Below, in pieces: positions 28,880-37,823 of a DNA stretch of 64,000 nt. The DNA is from a virus. The stretch is taken from positions 15,723 to 79,722 of the IMG/VR virus record IMGVR_UViG_3300042389_001739; one strand, given 5' to 3'. Numbering within the stretch: position 1 is the stretch's first letter; every line of letters begins with the position of its first letter. Below the pieces are notes generated by a model. That model worked only from the letters and a program-made list of their open reading frames with translations, ran no database searches and was not told the DNA's origin. Made by a program: the position numbers and the translations under genes.

Positions 28880-29682
28880 CAGCTCCTGAATAACTCGGCA
28901 TAGCGTTGCCTGACTTTGCGGCTCTGAAAAAACAGCGCCGGATCAAACTGAACGCTCTGGTTGTTCAGTTGTTGTAACCAATTATAGGCCAGAAAATTTA
29001 ATAATTTCCTGCACGCCTGCAGCGCATACCGAGAATTTGGCTTAGACCTGCCAAGCTCTTCCATCAACCAAGTCGTGGGTTCCATCTCCGAAAGAATGTT
29101 CATCAGCAACCGGTTACGTTTATGCTGTCCATCCGTGATGGATTTCAGTTGATTCGGTAAAACTTTGAAATAGCTGTGCAGCCGGTTGACGCGATCCGGC
29201 CGTTCCGGGTTGATATACCAGCGCGGATCACCAATTTCTGCCAGTAACTCAATCCCCAGCTCAATGGAGCGAATTCCACTGAATTTCAGGTAACGATGCA
29301 GACAATGTTGACTGTAAAGTGCATGCAGATTATCGGTATAGCCCTTTGTTTTAAACGTATGTAACAAAAGAAAATGGTTATACACCTGACTGTCCATTCG
29401 ATGCCAACACTGGGGCAAGTTGTCCTGCACCTGCAACAAAGTCAGCCGCTGTAAAATTGCGGCAGGATCGGCTTCGTTCAGCGGTTTACCAACTAATACC
29501 TGGGCCTGAATATCGTGTTGCTTGATGGCTGAATACAGGTCAAGCAACAAACGGTAGTTACAAGGTGTGCCTAACACGCGGTAAATTCCAGGCGAAAACG
29601 ACGACGTAATCGCCCGAGTCAAGCCCTGCGAAGAATAGCTGTAAACTGAATCATTTGCAGCGTGCAGGCAAATTTGCATCAT
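28879..29682 (-). CDS. IS110/Nop-like RNA-binding-domain protein (Tas-like), no DEDD nuclease
   Basis: FSGIRSIELGIELLAEIGDPRWY...LHSYF resembles IS110 Transposase_20 IPGIG..TA..LLAEIGD..RF....LASY; ALQACRKLLNFLAYNW resembles the terminal A.ARKL helix. Confidence 0.55.
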   Translation of the reverse strand: MMQICLHAANDSVYSYSSQGLTRAITSSFSPGIYRVLGTPCNYRLLLDLYSAIKQHDIQAQVLVGKPLNEADPAAILQRLTLLQVQDNLPQCWHRMDSQVYNHFLLLHTFKTKGYTDNLHALYSQHCLHRYLKFSGIRSIELGIELLAEIGDPRWYINPERPDRVNRLHSYFKVLPNQLKSITDGQHKRNRLLMNILSEMEPTTWLMEELGRSKPNSRYALQACRKLLNFLAYNWLQQLNNQSVQFDPALFFQSRKVRQRYAELFRS

Positions 29683-31778
29683 TTGCGGATTTCTATGCTT
29701 TGTTCGAACACCTCTTGAAGATCATGCACATGCGTGATGATCACCATCTGTTGCTGTGTTCCCATTTTACTGGCCAACTGCTGCAACGCGCTATGGAAGT
29801 ATGTCACGTTATCGGCATCCAGGCCACTGGCGGGCTCGTCCAGGAACAGCATGCCGACGTCATGCCCGAACACACGACCTAACGCGGTACGGAAAGCAAC
29901 CGCCAGGATAACCTTCTGTCCACCTGAGAGTTGACTGGCCTTAACGGAGTATTGCCCGGGAAATGTGACCTGGAAAGTCAAATCCTGGTCTGCCTGCACG
30001 GTGAAGGGAGTACCGAACAATTCCAGATTCTCATTAACCCCTTGTACCAACAAGCCAAGATTAGCCTGGGCTACGGCTTTTGGTAAATTGCTCCAGTGAA
30101 ATAAATTACCGGCTTCTTCCACAATTTTAAGCAACTCCTGAGTTTTTCTGTGTTTCTCCAGTCGCTTGCGCAACGTGTGCAAGTTGGCTTCAATACGCTG
30201 TTTTGTCTGCTCCAGTACCCGCAGTGCACCATCCAGCTGGTTAACGGCCGCCACGGCATCGTAATGAAGCTTTAAGCTGGAGGTGGCGCTTTCCAGCTCT
30301 CTTTTTGTCGGTCGCTGTTTAATTTTCTCCTGCTGTTTCTCTAGTTCAACGGTATTGTGCTGCAGGTCACTGGTGGTTTTGGCTTTTGTTTTTTCCAGCT
30401 GTGCAATTTCCGTGTTCACGGTGGCCAGCTCTTGTGTCAACTGCTGACGATTGTTTAGAAATTCTCGGGCTTTTGTGTCGGCACCAGGATCTTCTGCACC
30501 AACCAACACATCCAGCTGCGCCCGTATTTCGTTAATCCCGGCAGTCATACGATTGACTTGCGTGTCGTAAGCCGCCTTTTCTTTGTCGTAGCTTTGCGAA
30601 AATTGCACTCGCTGCTTCAGTGCATCGAACTCCTGCTGGGTGGTTTCAATTTCCTTGAGCAGTTTCTTTCTGTGTTTTTCCGAAATTTCCTGCTGACAAT
30701 ACCGGCAAACCGAATCAGCCAGACTTTCGGGCTCGGCAGCTTCCAGGATAGCGCGTAGTTCGCTTAACCGCTGTGCCGCGGTCTCCCGCTCATCAGCTTT
30801 AAGATAAAGTTGCGAATCCATTGCAGGCGGGAGTAACGACTGAACGCAGTCCATCTTTTTCTGCATACTGTCAGTCAGTTCATTGATCTGGGCCTTGGCT
30901 CTACGGTAAGCCGCCACGGCATTGATCTTGGCATGCGCCAGTTCAACCTTGGGTAAAGTGCGTTCTAGTTGTGCCTGGATCTGCCCGCAACGCCCGTACA
31001 AACTTAACCCGGAAGTTTCAAGCTGATCCGCCTGAGACTTTAACAACTTAACCTTGGTTTGCTGTGCTTCAATCCCCTGCTCGGCGTCGCAGGCGACTTC
31101 TTCACGGCGGACAATCTTTTGTAAATTTACTACCGTATCGGGTGTTAAAATCTGCTTTTTAGACTCTTCTGCCTGCTCGCTTGTTTGCCGTATTTCTGTG
31201 TTAGTCTTTTCCAGGTCGTCGGTTAACTCAAGCGAGTTATCAACGATTTCAACGCCTTTTTGCTTGTTGACGTAATCGTTGCACACTTTATGGATTTGAG
31301 CCGCAATCTCTACACCACACAAATATTGGAACGTCTTCGCTCGTTCACTATCCCGTGCGTCGATAAAGTCAAACATTTTCCACTGGTCGACAAAGACGTA
31401 TTTATCGATTACGGTTTTTGAAATGTTCAGCTCGGCGACAACGGCATCGTTAACGTCGTTTGCCTTTTCATAAGTTTTTCCTCCAATCTTGAACTCGTTG
31501 CGGTTCGGTCTTAACCAGCGTGTGAGTGTAAACTCCTGGTTACGATGTATGCCCGTTAGACGGATATAACTTTCACCGCTCGAGCCGTTGGTGATGATAT
31601 CGGCTTTCGTGCCGCTAAACCGCCCGAAGTCGTTTGTGAGTGCCGCGTAAATACTGTTGACTAGCGTTGACTTACCGGCACCATTCGCGCCCGTCAAACC
31701 AATAAGCCCGCTCGCCAGTTCGACTACGAGTTGTCTATGGGGACCGATATTTTGAAGTTCGACTGTTCTGATTTGCAT
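29679..31778 (-). CDS. sbcC: SbcC/Rad50 (gp46-like) SMC ATPase
   Basis: GANGAGKST, coiled coil with CRYC zinc hook, LSGGQ, FLDEP, ITH. Confidence 0.93.
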   Translation of the reverse strand: MQIRTVELQNIGPHRQLVVELASGLIGLTGANGAGKSTLVNSIYAALTNDFGRFSGTKADIITNGSSGESYIRLTGIHRNQEFTLTRWLRPNRNEFKIGGKTYEKANDVNDAVVAELNISKTVIDKYVFVDQWKMFDFIDARDSERAKTFQYLCGVEIAAQIHKVCNDYVNKQKGVEIVDNSLELTDDLEKTNTEIRQTSEQAEESKKQILTPDTVVNLQKIVRREEVACDAEQGIEAQQTKVKLLKSQADQLETSGLSLYGRCGQIQAQLERTLPKVELAHAKINAVAAYRRAKAQINELTDSMQKKMDCVQSLLPPAMDSQLYLKADERETAAQRLSELRAILEAAEPESLADSVCRYCQQEISEKHRKKLLKEIETTQQEFDALKQRVQFSQSYDKEKAAYDTQVNRMTAGINEIRAQLDVLVGAEDPGADTKAREFLNNRQQLTQELATVNTEIAQLEKTKAKTTSDLQHNTVELEKQQEKIKQRPTKRELESATSSLKLHYDAVAAVNQLDGALRVLEQTKQRIEANLHTLRKRLEKHRKTQELLKIVEEAGNLFHWSNLPKAVAQANLGLLVQGVNENLELFGTPFTVQADQDLTFQVTFPGQYSVKASQLSGGQKVILAVAFRTALGRVFGHDVGMLFLDEPASGLDADNVTYFHSALQQLASKMGTQQQMVIITHVHDLQEVFEQSIEIRK

Positions 31779-32491
31779 TTTTTATACCTTAGAATGACTT
31801 CCCACTCCGCAACAATCGGGCGGGGAAATGAAAAGTTTGTAGGTTTTTTGCCCAGACTGGGATGATACTTTACAGTATCCACCGGAGCATCAATTGGCAC
31901 GATACGCGGATCTTCGATCGATACCATCTGCTGACCCGGCCGTACTATCAATTCGTAGGGCCGATCTTGGTTTTGCTTGGTCCAGCTCGAAATAGCCCGC
32001 CTGGCATCTTCCAGCAACCAACGCGTCGGATGCCCGGTCCAGTTTGTCCAGGTAAACCGACAACCCTGCCGAAGTAACACGCCTTCCCCGCAAATATCGT
32101 CTGGCTCAAAGCTGGGTAGCCGAAACCAGACGAGCTCTGTAGCGTTGGTCAGTGCCGTGTGGGTTACCATGTAAGCGTGATTTTTACTGGGCAGATGCTC
32201 CAGAAAGTGCCACGATAAGTAAACATTGCCGGGCGGTAGCTGTTTAAGCTGGCGTTCATCACTGCAGTCGATAAGTTCAAAGCAGTACCCTTTATCCGTC
32301 ACGATGCGTCGATAATTTTCTGCTTGGGGTCTTTCAACCCCCAGGCAGCGGTGCGGTAACCAAAGATCGTTTGACCGCTCCGGCAAGGTCAGGGCGAGAC
32401 CGCGTTTACGAAACTCGTCGATGGCGTTGCCGTGTTTTGTGCCTAAGTCCACGACGTCATAGGTTACGGTTTTGCGTTTTCCTCTACCCAT
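31724..32491 (-). CDS. Class I SAM-dependent methyltransferase-like protein
   Basis: VVDLGTKHG (motif I), LGVE, WHFLEHL. Confidence 0.5.
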   Translation of the reverse strand: MGRGKRKTVTYDVVDLGTKHGNAIDEFRKRGLALTLPERSNDLWLPHRCLGVERPQAENYRRIVTDKGYCFELIDCSDERQLKQLPPGNVYLSWHFLEHLPSKNHAYMVTHTALTNATELVWFRLPSFEPDDICGEGVLLRQGCRFTWTNWTGHPTRWLLEDARRAISSWTKQNQDRPYELIVRPGQQMVSIEDPRIVPIDAPVDTVKYHPSLGKKPTNFSFPRPIVAEWEVILRYKKCKSEQSNFKISVPIDNS

Positions 32492-33648
32492 CGTCTCAGC
32501 GTTTGCTCCGGATCCGGGTTTTGCAAAAAAGCTACTGCCAATTTATTTGTAGCAGGTTGTACCACAAACGAATCAAGACAGTCGAGTAGACCAACACGTT
32601 GATCGGTATCATAGCTTCCTTCCTCGGATAATTCATCCACCTGTTTTGCGCGTTTACACTTAAAGAACAGATGAGCCTGCTCGTGAAAAGTACGTTTCCA
32701 GTCTTCTACGATACTTTCTTCACCTTCCCGGTAAGTCAACTCAATTAAGGGCATGTGGAGTTCGGGAGGTAAATTCACAGAATACGCGGAGGCTTTCTGT
32801 AACTCCGCTTCCGTGTTTGTCCGCAGCCGAAGCTGTTTTTGTAAATCCAGCTCATCAAGGGCGGCAAAATCCAGTTCAGCAACCGTAGGCACAGTTAACC
32901 GAATACATTGCCGCGAAAATAACTGATGGCTTCTCACGGTAAACTCGTGGTTATCCCCCAGAGTCAGCAACAAACAAAAATGGTTTTCAGGTTCGGCGAT
33001 TGATCGCATATGTGTGCTGCCGGGAGACAACACCATAAAAGGAATTTCGTCTGTTGCCTGCAACACTTTCGATTCGTGAAAATCACCAGTAATCAAAATT
33101 TTTACATTATCCGGTACGTCGGAAAACGCGGCCTGTGGTCGAGCAAGCTCGCCCATAAAGTCCTGCCACACCTGATGGCAAACTAAAACATCAGCTGACT
33201 TGGCCAAGTCAGACTGTAAGAATACCTGAAAATTTTCCTGATTTTGATAATCACAGCCTACCAGATTCCAGCCGTTGGCTGTGGTATGTCGGCTTTCGTG
33301 CAGCCAGTGAGTCTCAGGCACCAGCTGCATCCAGGGCACGTTTTGATATTCGTGCTGACCTTGGTTGTATAGCACATCGATGCCGTGCTGCTGCAGCTGC
33401 TGGACTCCTTCCACCAGTTTCTGCACCGGCAACGACACATTACTCTGCTTGTCCAGAATATCGCCAGCCAGGATCACACCGTGTGCCTTAGCCGCGATGG
33501 CCGCCGCCACAATCTGCTGCCAGGCAAAAAAAGAATCGCCCTCTATCGGTCGATGCCGCCAAACCCGCGTGGATAAATGCAAGTCGCTGGCTACAATGTA
33601 GCGGCGACGATTTTCCGGAGAAACAAAAGAACCAGTCTTTATAGCCAT
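32464..33648 (-). CDS. sbcD: SbcD/Mre11 (gp47-like) nuclease
   Basis: SDLHL, AGDILD, GQHE, HQ, GDFHE, PGS metallophosphoesterase motifs. Confidence 0.9.
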   Translation of the reverse strand: MAIKTGSFVSPENRRRYIVASDLHLSTRVWRHRPIEGDSFFAWQQIVAAAIAAKAHGVILAGDILDKQSNVSLPVQKLVEGVQQLQQHGIDVLYNQGQHEYQNVPWMQLVPETHWLHESRHTTANGWNLVGCDYQNQENFQVFLQSDLAKSADVLVCHQVWQDFMGELARPQAAFSDVPDNVKILITGDFHESKVLQATDEIPFMVLSPGSTHMRSIAEPENHFCLLLTLGDNHEFTVRSHQLFSRQCIRLTVPTVAELDFAALDELDLQKQLRLRTNTEAELQKASAYSVNLPPELHMPLIELTYREGEESIVEDWKRTFHEQAHLFFKCKRAKQVDELSEEGSYDTDQRVGLLDCLDSFVVQPATNKLAVAFLQNPDPEQTLRRWVEENAKP

Positions 33649-33670
33649 ATCTACCTTTCAGGGGTTTCGC

Positions 33671-34072
33671 ATGCAGCCTATCCACATGCCAATTTGCGAA
33701 GTTTGTGATCGCTATACAATCGCGCTGCTAAAGCACGAACGCCTGGCCGATACCGAAATTGACAAAACTCAGCTGTTGCGTCAAATCACATACTACCGGG
33801 CAGGCATTAATTTGGAGTGCGCTAAATTACAACAACTGGTCGAAAATTTAAAGCACATCAATGGTGAAATCTGGGACGCGGAAAGTGCTATTCGGCAGGG
33901 ACAGGATGCCAGACTAGGACTGGAAGAGATTGGCCGACGCGCACTAAAAATCCGGAATTTAAACCGCATTCGCGTGCAGGTTAAAAACCAGATCACCCGG
34001 CTCGTCGGCCAACCAGAATTTACAGACTGCAAGATGAATCACGCATCCGCAGACTTTGCTCCGGACGCTTGA
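33671..34072 (+). CDS. DUF6165-like helical protein
   Basis: MPICEVCDRYTIALLK...INGEIWDAE..IR...LN..R...KN.I pattern. Confidence 0.6.
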   Translation: MQPIHMPICEVCDRYTIALLKHERLADTEIDKTQLLRQITYYRAGINLECAKLQQLVENLKHINGEIWDAESAIRQGQDARLGLEEIGRRALKIRNLNRIRVQVKNQITRLVGQPEFTDCKMNHASADFAPDA

Positions 34073-34336
34073 TCAGCAATACGACGACGTGTCGATCGGC
34101 GTATCCATGTTGATGATATTCAGAGGCGGATCAAGCAGAAAGTCGTAAATAGGCGTCTGTTGCAGTGGGCCTGGGTCAGGTTCGCGTTCGCCCTTCGGAT
34201 CGAAAACAACAACCGAAGGGGCGTAAGGGTAAGTGATAATCGCCGGAACCGCACGATTGTCTAAATTCTCTACAGTTGGCTGGATGTTGCGAGACTTGCG
34301 CATATCAAACTCCACGTGTGGAAAAAGAAAACTCAA
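34073..34336 (-). CDS. Hypothetical protein
   Basis: 87-aa ORF filling the gap; start uncertain. Confidence 0.4.
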   Translation of the reverse strand: MSFLFPHVEFDMRKSRNIQPTVENLDNRAVPAIITYPYAPSVVVFDPKGEREPDPGPLQQTPIYDFLLDPPLNIINMDTPIDTSSYC

Positions 34337-34366
34337 ACCACAGTGGTTTGAGTTGTTAAAATCTAC

Positions 34367-34615
34367 TTAATTTGGCGTATTAGCTTTTTCAAGGTCTTCG
34401 CTAATTTGCGCCAAATTAAGAACAGATACGCCTAGATTACGCCATTCGCTTGCCTTGGGAAGTTGGGGGAACTTGGGGCGAAGAATGGTAGCCTGTGTCT
34501 CTCTTCGACGACAGACCTCGGCAATTTGTTCCAAGACAGTTGTAATGCCCTGGTGCTCAATAATTTTTGTCAGCTGCTCGGTTGTGATTTCCGGAAGTTT
34601 TTCAGCGTAATGCAT
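34367..34615 (-). CDS. Hypothetical protein
   Basis: 82 aa, 1-bp overlap with the upstream gene. Confidence 0.6.
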   Translation of the reverse strand: MHYAEKLPEITTEQLTKIIEHQGITTVLEQIAEVCRRRETQATILRPKFPQLPKASEWRNLGVSVLNLAQISEDLEKANTPN

Positions 34616-35172
34616 TATTTGTCCTCGTCAACGTCGTCAGGGGGTTCAAAATGAAAGTCAAAAGCATCCAACTCTTCGGCATCTACTATTTTAATATTTT
34701 CCGCCCCAAACATTTTCTGAAAGAACGAGATGATCTCTTTCTTTTTCGACTTTATCTGTTTCTCCGCGCGAGCTTCGCGTGTCTCGTGCGGCAGGAACGC
34801 CTGTGACAGTAGTGCCTCTCCGGCGTGGACCAGGTTAATTCGATGAAAAATAGCGGCATCAGAGCTCCACTCGTCCTGAGTTTCATAGTTACGAACGACC
34901 TCGTCGTGTCGTTCCCGAATGGCTCGCAAAATCGTATAGGACAAAAACATGTCCGGAACAGACAGGTTTAGGTAACGTTCCACGCTGTTAGGCCGCGGAA
35001 CAAGTAGTGGAACAAACGGCGTATCCGGCGCGCCCAGACGTTCCGCTTCAATGTTTGCCCAGTCTCGCTGGTCTGCCACCCAGTCATACAGCTCCAGCAG
35101 GCTGTTAAACAGCAGCGAAGGACTGGTGTTCTTACGGGGAAAGGGAGGGGAATAGATCGAATTGTCGTTCAA
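34615..35172 (-). CDS. Hypothetical protein
   Basis: 185 aa, AGGAG ribosome-binding site, acidic tail. Confidence 0.7.
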   Translation of the reverse strand: MNDNSIYSPPFPRKNTSPSLLFNSLLELYDWVADQRDWANIEAERLGAPDTPFVPLLVPRPNSVERYLNLSVPDMFLSYTILRAIRERHDEVVRNYETQDEWSSDAAIFHRINLVHAGEALLSQAFLPHETREARAEKQIKSKKKEIISFFQKMFGAENIKIVDAEELDAFDFHFEPPDDVDEDK

Positions 35173-35173
35173 G

Positions 35174-35962
35174 TTAATCTCCTTTGTACTTGTTTACCCG
35201 GTACATCCGGGTTTTTTCTGTGAAATGGACCATTTGCTGGTAATGAATCAGACAATCCTGGTTAAGAATCACCAGCCAGTCCAGCTTACCAAGGTCAGTC
35301 AAGGCATCCAGTAGTGTCGTATCGCTTGCGTCCGAAAATATCTTGCTGGCCAGCGGCGGATAGAACTCAAAAGTATGAAAAACCTTCTGATCCGTTTTCG
35401 GTATAAGCTGCAAGCCACAATGTTGCAGCACCAACTCGCCTTTAAGATTAATCACCGGCGTCGCAAATTGCACCGTTACGTGTGCCTTCAGCAAAACATG
35501 AGGACCTCTGCGAGAATCGAAAAAAGGCAACGATGCCCCAAGCGGCCAATGCCTCTTCCAGATCGCTATGCAACTGGCGTCACGCACATCAGCTGGAACC
35601 TGCATGATCGCATCATACATGGGCCTGATACGGCTGCGTACGTAACACCATGGGCACGTAAGAGGGCGATTGCACACCCGCGAGCGTGGTCTCATGTAAA
35701 AACCAAGCGGCGGACAGTGCATGCGGTACGTGTACTCCAGCCGCTTTTCCGGACTGCACTCTATCAACCGGTAATACTGCTGGCGTAAACGCTTCTGCAA
35801 GTGTGCTGCCTTGGTCAGGTCAGTCTTCTGGTGCGATTCATAATTCGCTGGCAGCACACATCGACGTACCAGGTCAAGGTCTAAGGATTCCTTTACTTTT
35901 AACAGCTTCGGCACGGTTTTAAGTGTCGGGTAGCTTGTGTCGAAATCAGGGGTTTTACCCAT
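35174..35962 (-). CDS. Zinc-finger protein, possibly a Rep/IS91-like initiator remnant
   Basis: C-x13-C-x5-CPWC (HCPP...VCNRPLTCPWC) resembles the N-terminal Zn knuckle of rolling-circle Rep and IS91 transposases; AAGGAG ribosome-binding site. Confidence 0.5.
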   Translation of the reverse strand: MGKTPDFDTSYPTLKTVPKLLKVKESLDLDLVRRCVLPANYESHQKTDLTKAAHLQKRLRQQYYRLIECSPEKRLEYTYRMHCPPLGFYMRPRSRVCNRPLTCPWCYVRSRIRPMYDAIMQVPADVRDASCIAIWKRHWPLGASLPFFDSRRGPHVLLKAHVTVQFATPVINLKGELVLQHCGLQLIPKTDQKVFHTFEFYPPLASKIFSDASDTTLLDALTDLGKLDWLVILNQDCLIHYQQMVHFTEKTRMYRVNKYKGD

Positions 35963-36059
35963 TGAAATCTCCTTCGGTTATAACGGGGGTGCTAAACCGC
36001 AAAATCGTAGCAAAATTAACTGTTGTTTAAAATAGTTGGTAACTTTATCAAACATAAGC

Positions 36060-36415
36060 GTTTATAAAAAATATCAATTTTGTTGAGATAAAGTTACGTT
36101 ACTGCTGTCTTTTTCCTACGGAAAAGACAGAATGTAAGGCTTTTAAGAGCCTTACATATGTTCAGTATAAAAAGATAAATTAAAATAGATTATTAACTAT
36201 TCACGGCGGCCCTACTGGGCTAGTCGCAGCTAACTTGGTTGTTTGCTCTGATTAACCCCACAGGGCACGCCGTAAATAGATGGTTCTTTATTTGTTTTTA
36301 TTTTTATTAAAACATAACAAGCGTTTCTATCAAACGCTTGTATTCTATCTTTTCCGTAGGAAAAAGATAGCAGTAACGTAACTTTATCTCAACAAAATTG
36401 ATATTTTCTATAAAC
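36060..36415. repeat. Large AT-rich nested inverted repeat (74-bp arms), candidate replication origin or cis-acting site
   Basis: 36060-36133 is the reverse complement of 36342-36415 with 3 mismatches; internal hairpins are symmetrically placed; longest non-coding gap in the window. Confidence 0.9.
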
Positions 36416-36493
36416 TTTTTTGATTATGTAATTTAGCCGCTGTTTATCGCAACAGGTAAATTACAGAGCCTATCAGCTTAATTATGCGCGATG

Positions 36494-36775
36494 CTAGGTA
36501 GCATCAGGTGTACTTTGGCTGATCGCAGCTATCACCTGTTCTGGTAGTATGCTTTGAACTGTCACGTGCTTTTCTTCATCTGCTATCTTGCCTTGCCCTG
36601 CAGCCTGGAGCGTATAGATCAAGGCTGCGCCCAGTAGTGCTAACGCCTTGATGTGCGACGGGTCAGGCACAGCACCACCGTAGAGGTCCAGGTTGCACAG
36701 GCACCTGGTTTCGTCATCAACGTCGCTGAACTTGGCAAATACGTTCTCTGCCAGCTGGTAGTATTCACAACTCAT
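36494..36775 (-). CDS. Hypothetical protein
   Basis: 93-aa ORF. Confidence 0.55.
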   Translation of the reverse strand: MSCEYYQLAENVFAKFSDVDDETRCLCNLDLYGGAVPDPSHIKALALLGAALIYTLQAAGQGKIADEEKHVTVQSILPEQVIAAISQSTPDAT

Positions 36776-36815
36776 TCTTGCCCTGCTTTCTTTTAATTTT
36801 CTTTATCAGGCGTAA

Positions 36816-37178
36816 TCACGTTTCTAAATCTACCAAGCAATCAGGGCCTAACCCGTTTAATCTATCAATTACAGTCTGCATTTGTCTTTTTGTTTCTTCA
36901 CGTTTTCTTTCTAACTGAACACTGGATAAAATTTGCAAGATGAACGCGGCTTTGACAAGAGAATGTTCGTTGTCACCCCAAGCCTCTAATTGTAGTTGAG
37001 CGTCAAAAATCTTAAACGCTTTGTCGCAACTTTTGAATAGTTCAGAACGTTTAATAAAGACTTTCTTTTCAAGCTTTAAGAGTTCTAGTTCACCTCTTAC
37101 CCAAACCGTAGTGAAGTGCTTAAAGTCAAATACAGCGGAGTCAGGTTTTAATGCGTTTTCTTTTTTCTGTTTGTCCAT
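36816..37178 (-). CDS. Hypothetical protein
   Basis: 120-aa ORF, AT-rich. Confidence 0.65.
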   Translation of the reverse strand: MDKQKKENALKPDSAVFDFKHFTTVWVRGELELLKLEKKVFIKRSELFKSCDKAFKIFDAQLQLEAWGDNEHSLVKAAFILQILSSVQLERKREETKRQMQTVIDRLNGLGPDCLVDLET

Positions 37179-37224
37179 CGTGCAGACCTTTCATTAGCTA
37201 TGGTCAGGTTTAATTTTCGATGCC

Positions 37225-37548
37225 TCAACGATAAAACGTTGCGTTAGGTAGTAGTTTTCTTATTTCGCTTTTCGCTTCGGCACGGTTATGCACCCGTACA
37301 AAAACGCGTATTGTCTGGTCGGCGTTTGCAGCAACGTATACGGTTGGTGTACTTACCCAATTTCTTGCGCTATTAAATCCCCAAATTGGTCCACCCCAGT
37401 AAGCGCCGCCTTCGTCGTAGTCATGGTCATACCACCGAATCTTTTGTAAATAAAGCTTTACTGCTTTATTTGAGTCTTCAGGTAATTTACTTGGTCGCCC
37501 CATGGGCGCGCCAAGTTTAGAATCTACCTTCTCAAGAATTATTTTCAT
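37225..37548 (-). CDS. Conserved phage hypothetical protein
   Basis: GAPMGR and DYDEGGAYWG motifs recalled from small phage proteins. Confidence 0.7.
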   Translation of the reverse strand: MKIILEKVDSKLGAPMGRPSKLPEDSNKAVKLYLQKIRWYDHDYDEGGAYWGGPIWGFNSARNWVSTPTVYVAANADQTIRVFVRVHNRAEAKSEIRKLLPNATFYR

Positions 37549-37564
37549 CTCGTTTGCCTGGTCT

Positions 37565-37792
37565 TCAATAGCTAATGTTAACTACCTGTTCGTACACTAT
37601 TTCAGTATCAGGAGTTTTTTCAAAAAGCACTTCTTTCCATACGTCGTCGTTTTCTTTGTAGCGATACGCTTCTATTACTTCAATTTTCCCTGCAGTCTTT
37701 CCGTTGGCTAACTCGTTATATCCCATGTTGACTACTACTCGCAACTTAGGGTCAAGCTTTGCCAAAGTGGCCATTACGCCTTCAACCGTCAT
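37565..37792 (-). CDS. Hypothetical protein
   Basis: 75 aa, MTV..L...L..LDP-type phage N-terminus. Confidence 0.65.
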   Translation of the reverse strand: MTVEGVMATLAKLDPKLRVVVNMGYNELANGKTAGKIEVIEAYRYKENDDVWKEVLFEKTPDTEIVYEQVVNISY

Positions 37793-37823
37793 ATTTTTTC
37801 TCTATTAACTAAGAGTGTGTATA

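Noticed and set aside
28879-29682. Active IS110 insertion sequence
   Set aside because: No N-terminal DEDD RuvC domain, no catalytic serine loop, and the gene is coupled to both neighbours with no non-coding ends
28290-29700. CRISPR array, TIGR-like array or short periodic guide array near the RAMP/Nop pair
   Set aside because: No tandem repeat-spacer pattern found by eye here or elsewhere in the window; one could lie outside it
36060-36415. MITE or non-autonomous transposon
   Set aside because: No target-site duplication at the arm ends and no second copy in the window; the internal symmetry exceeds what terminal inverted repeats need
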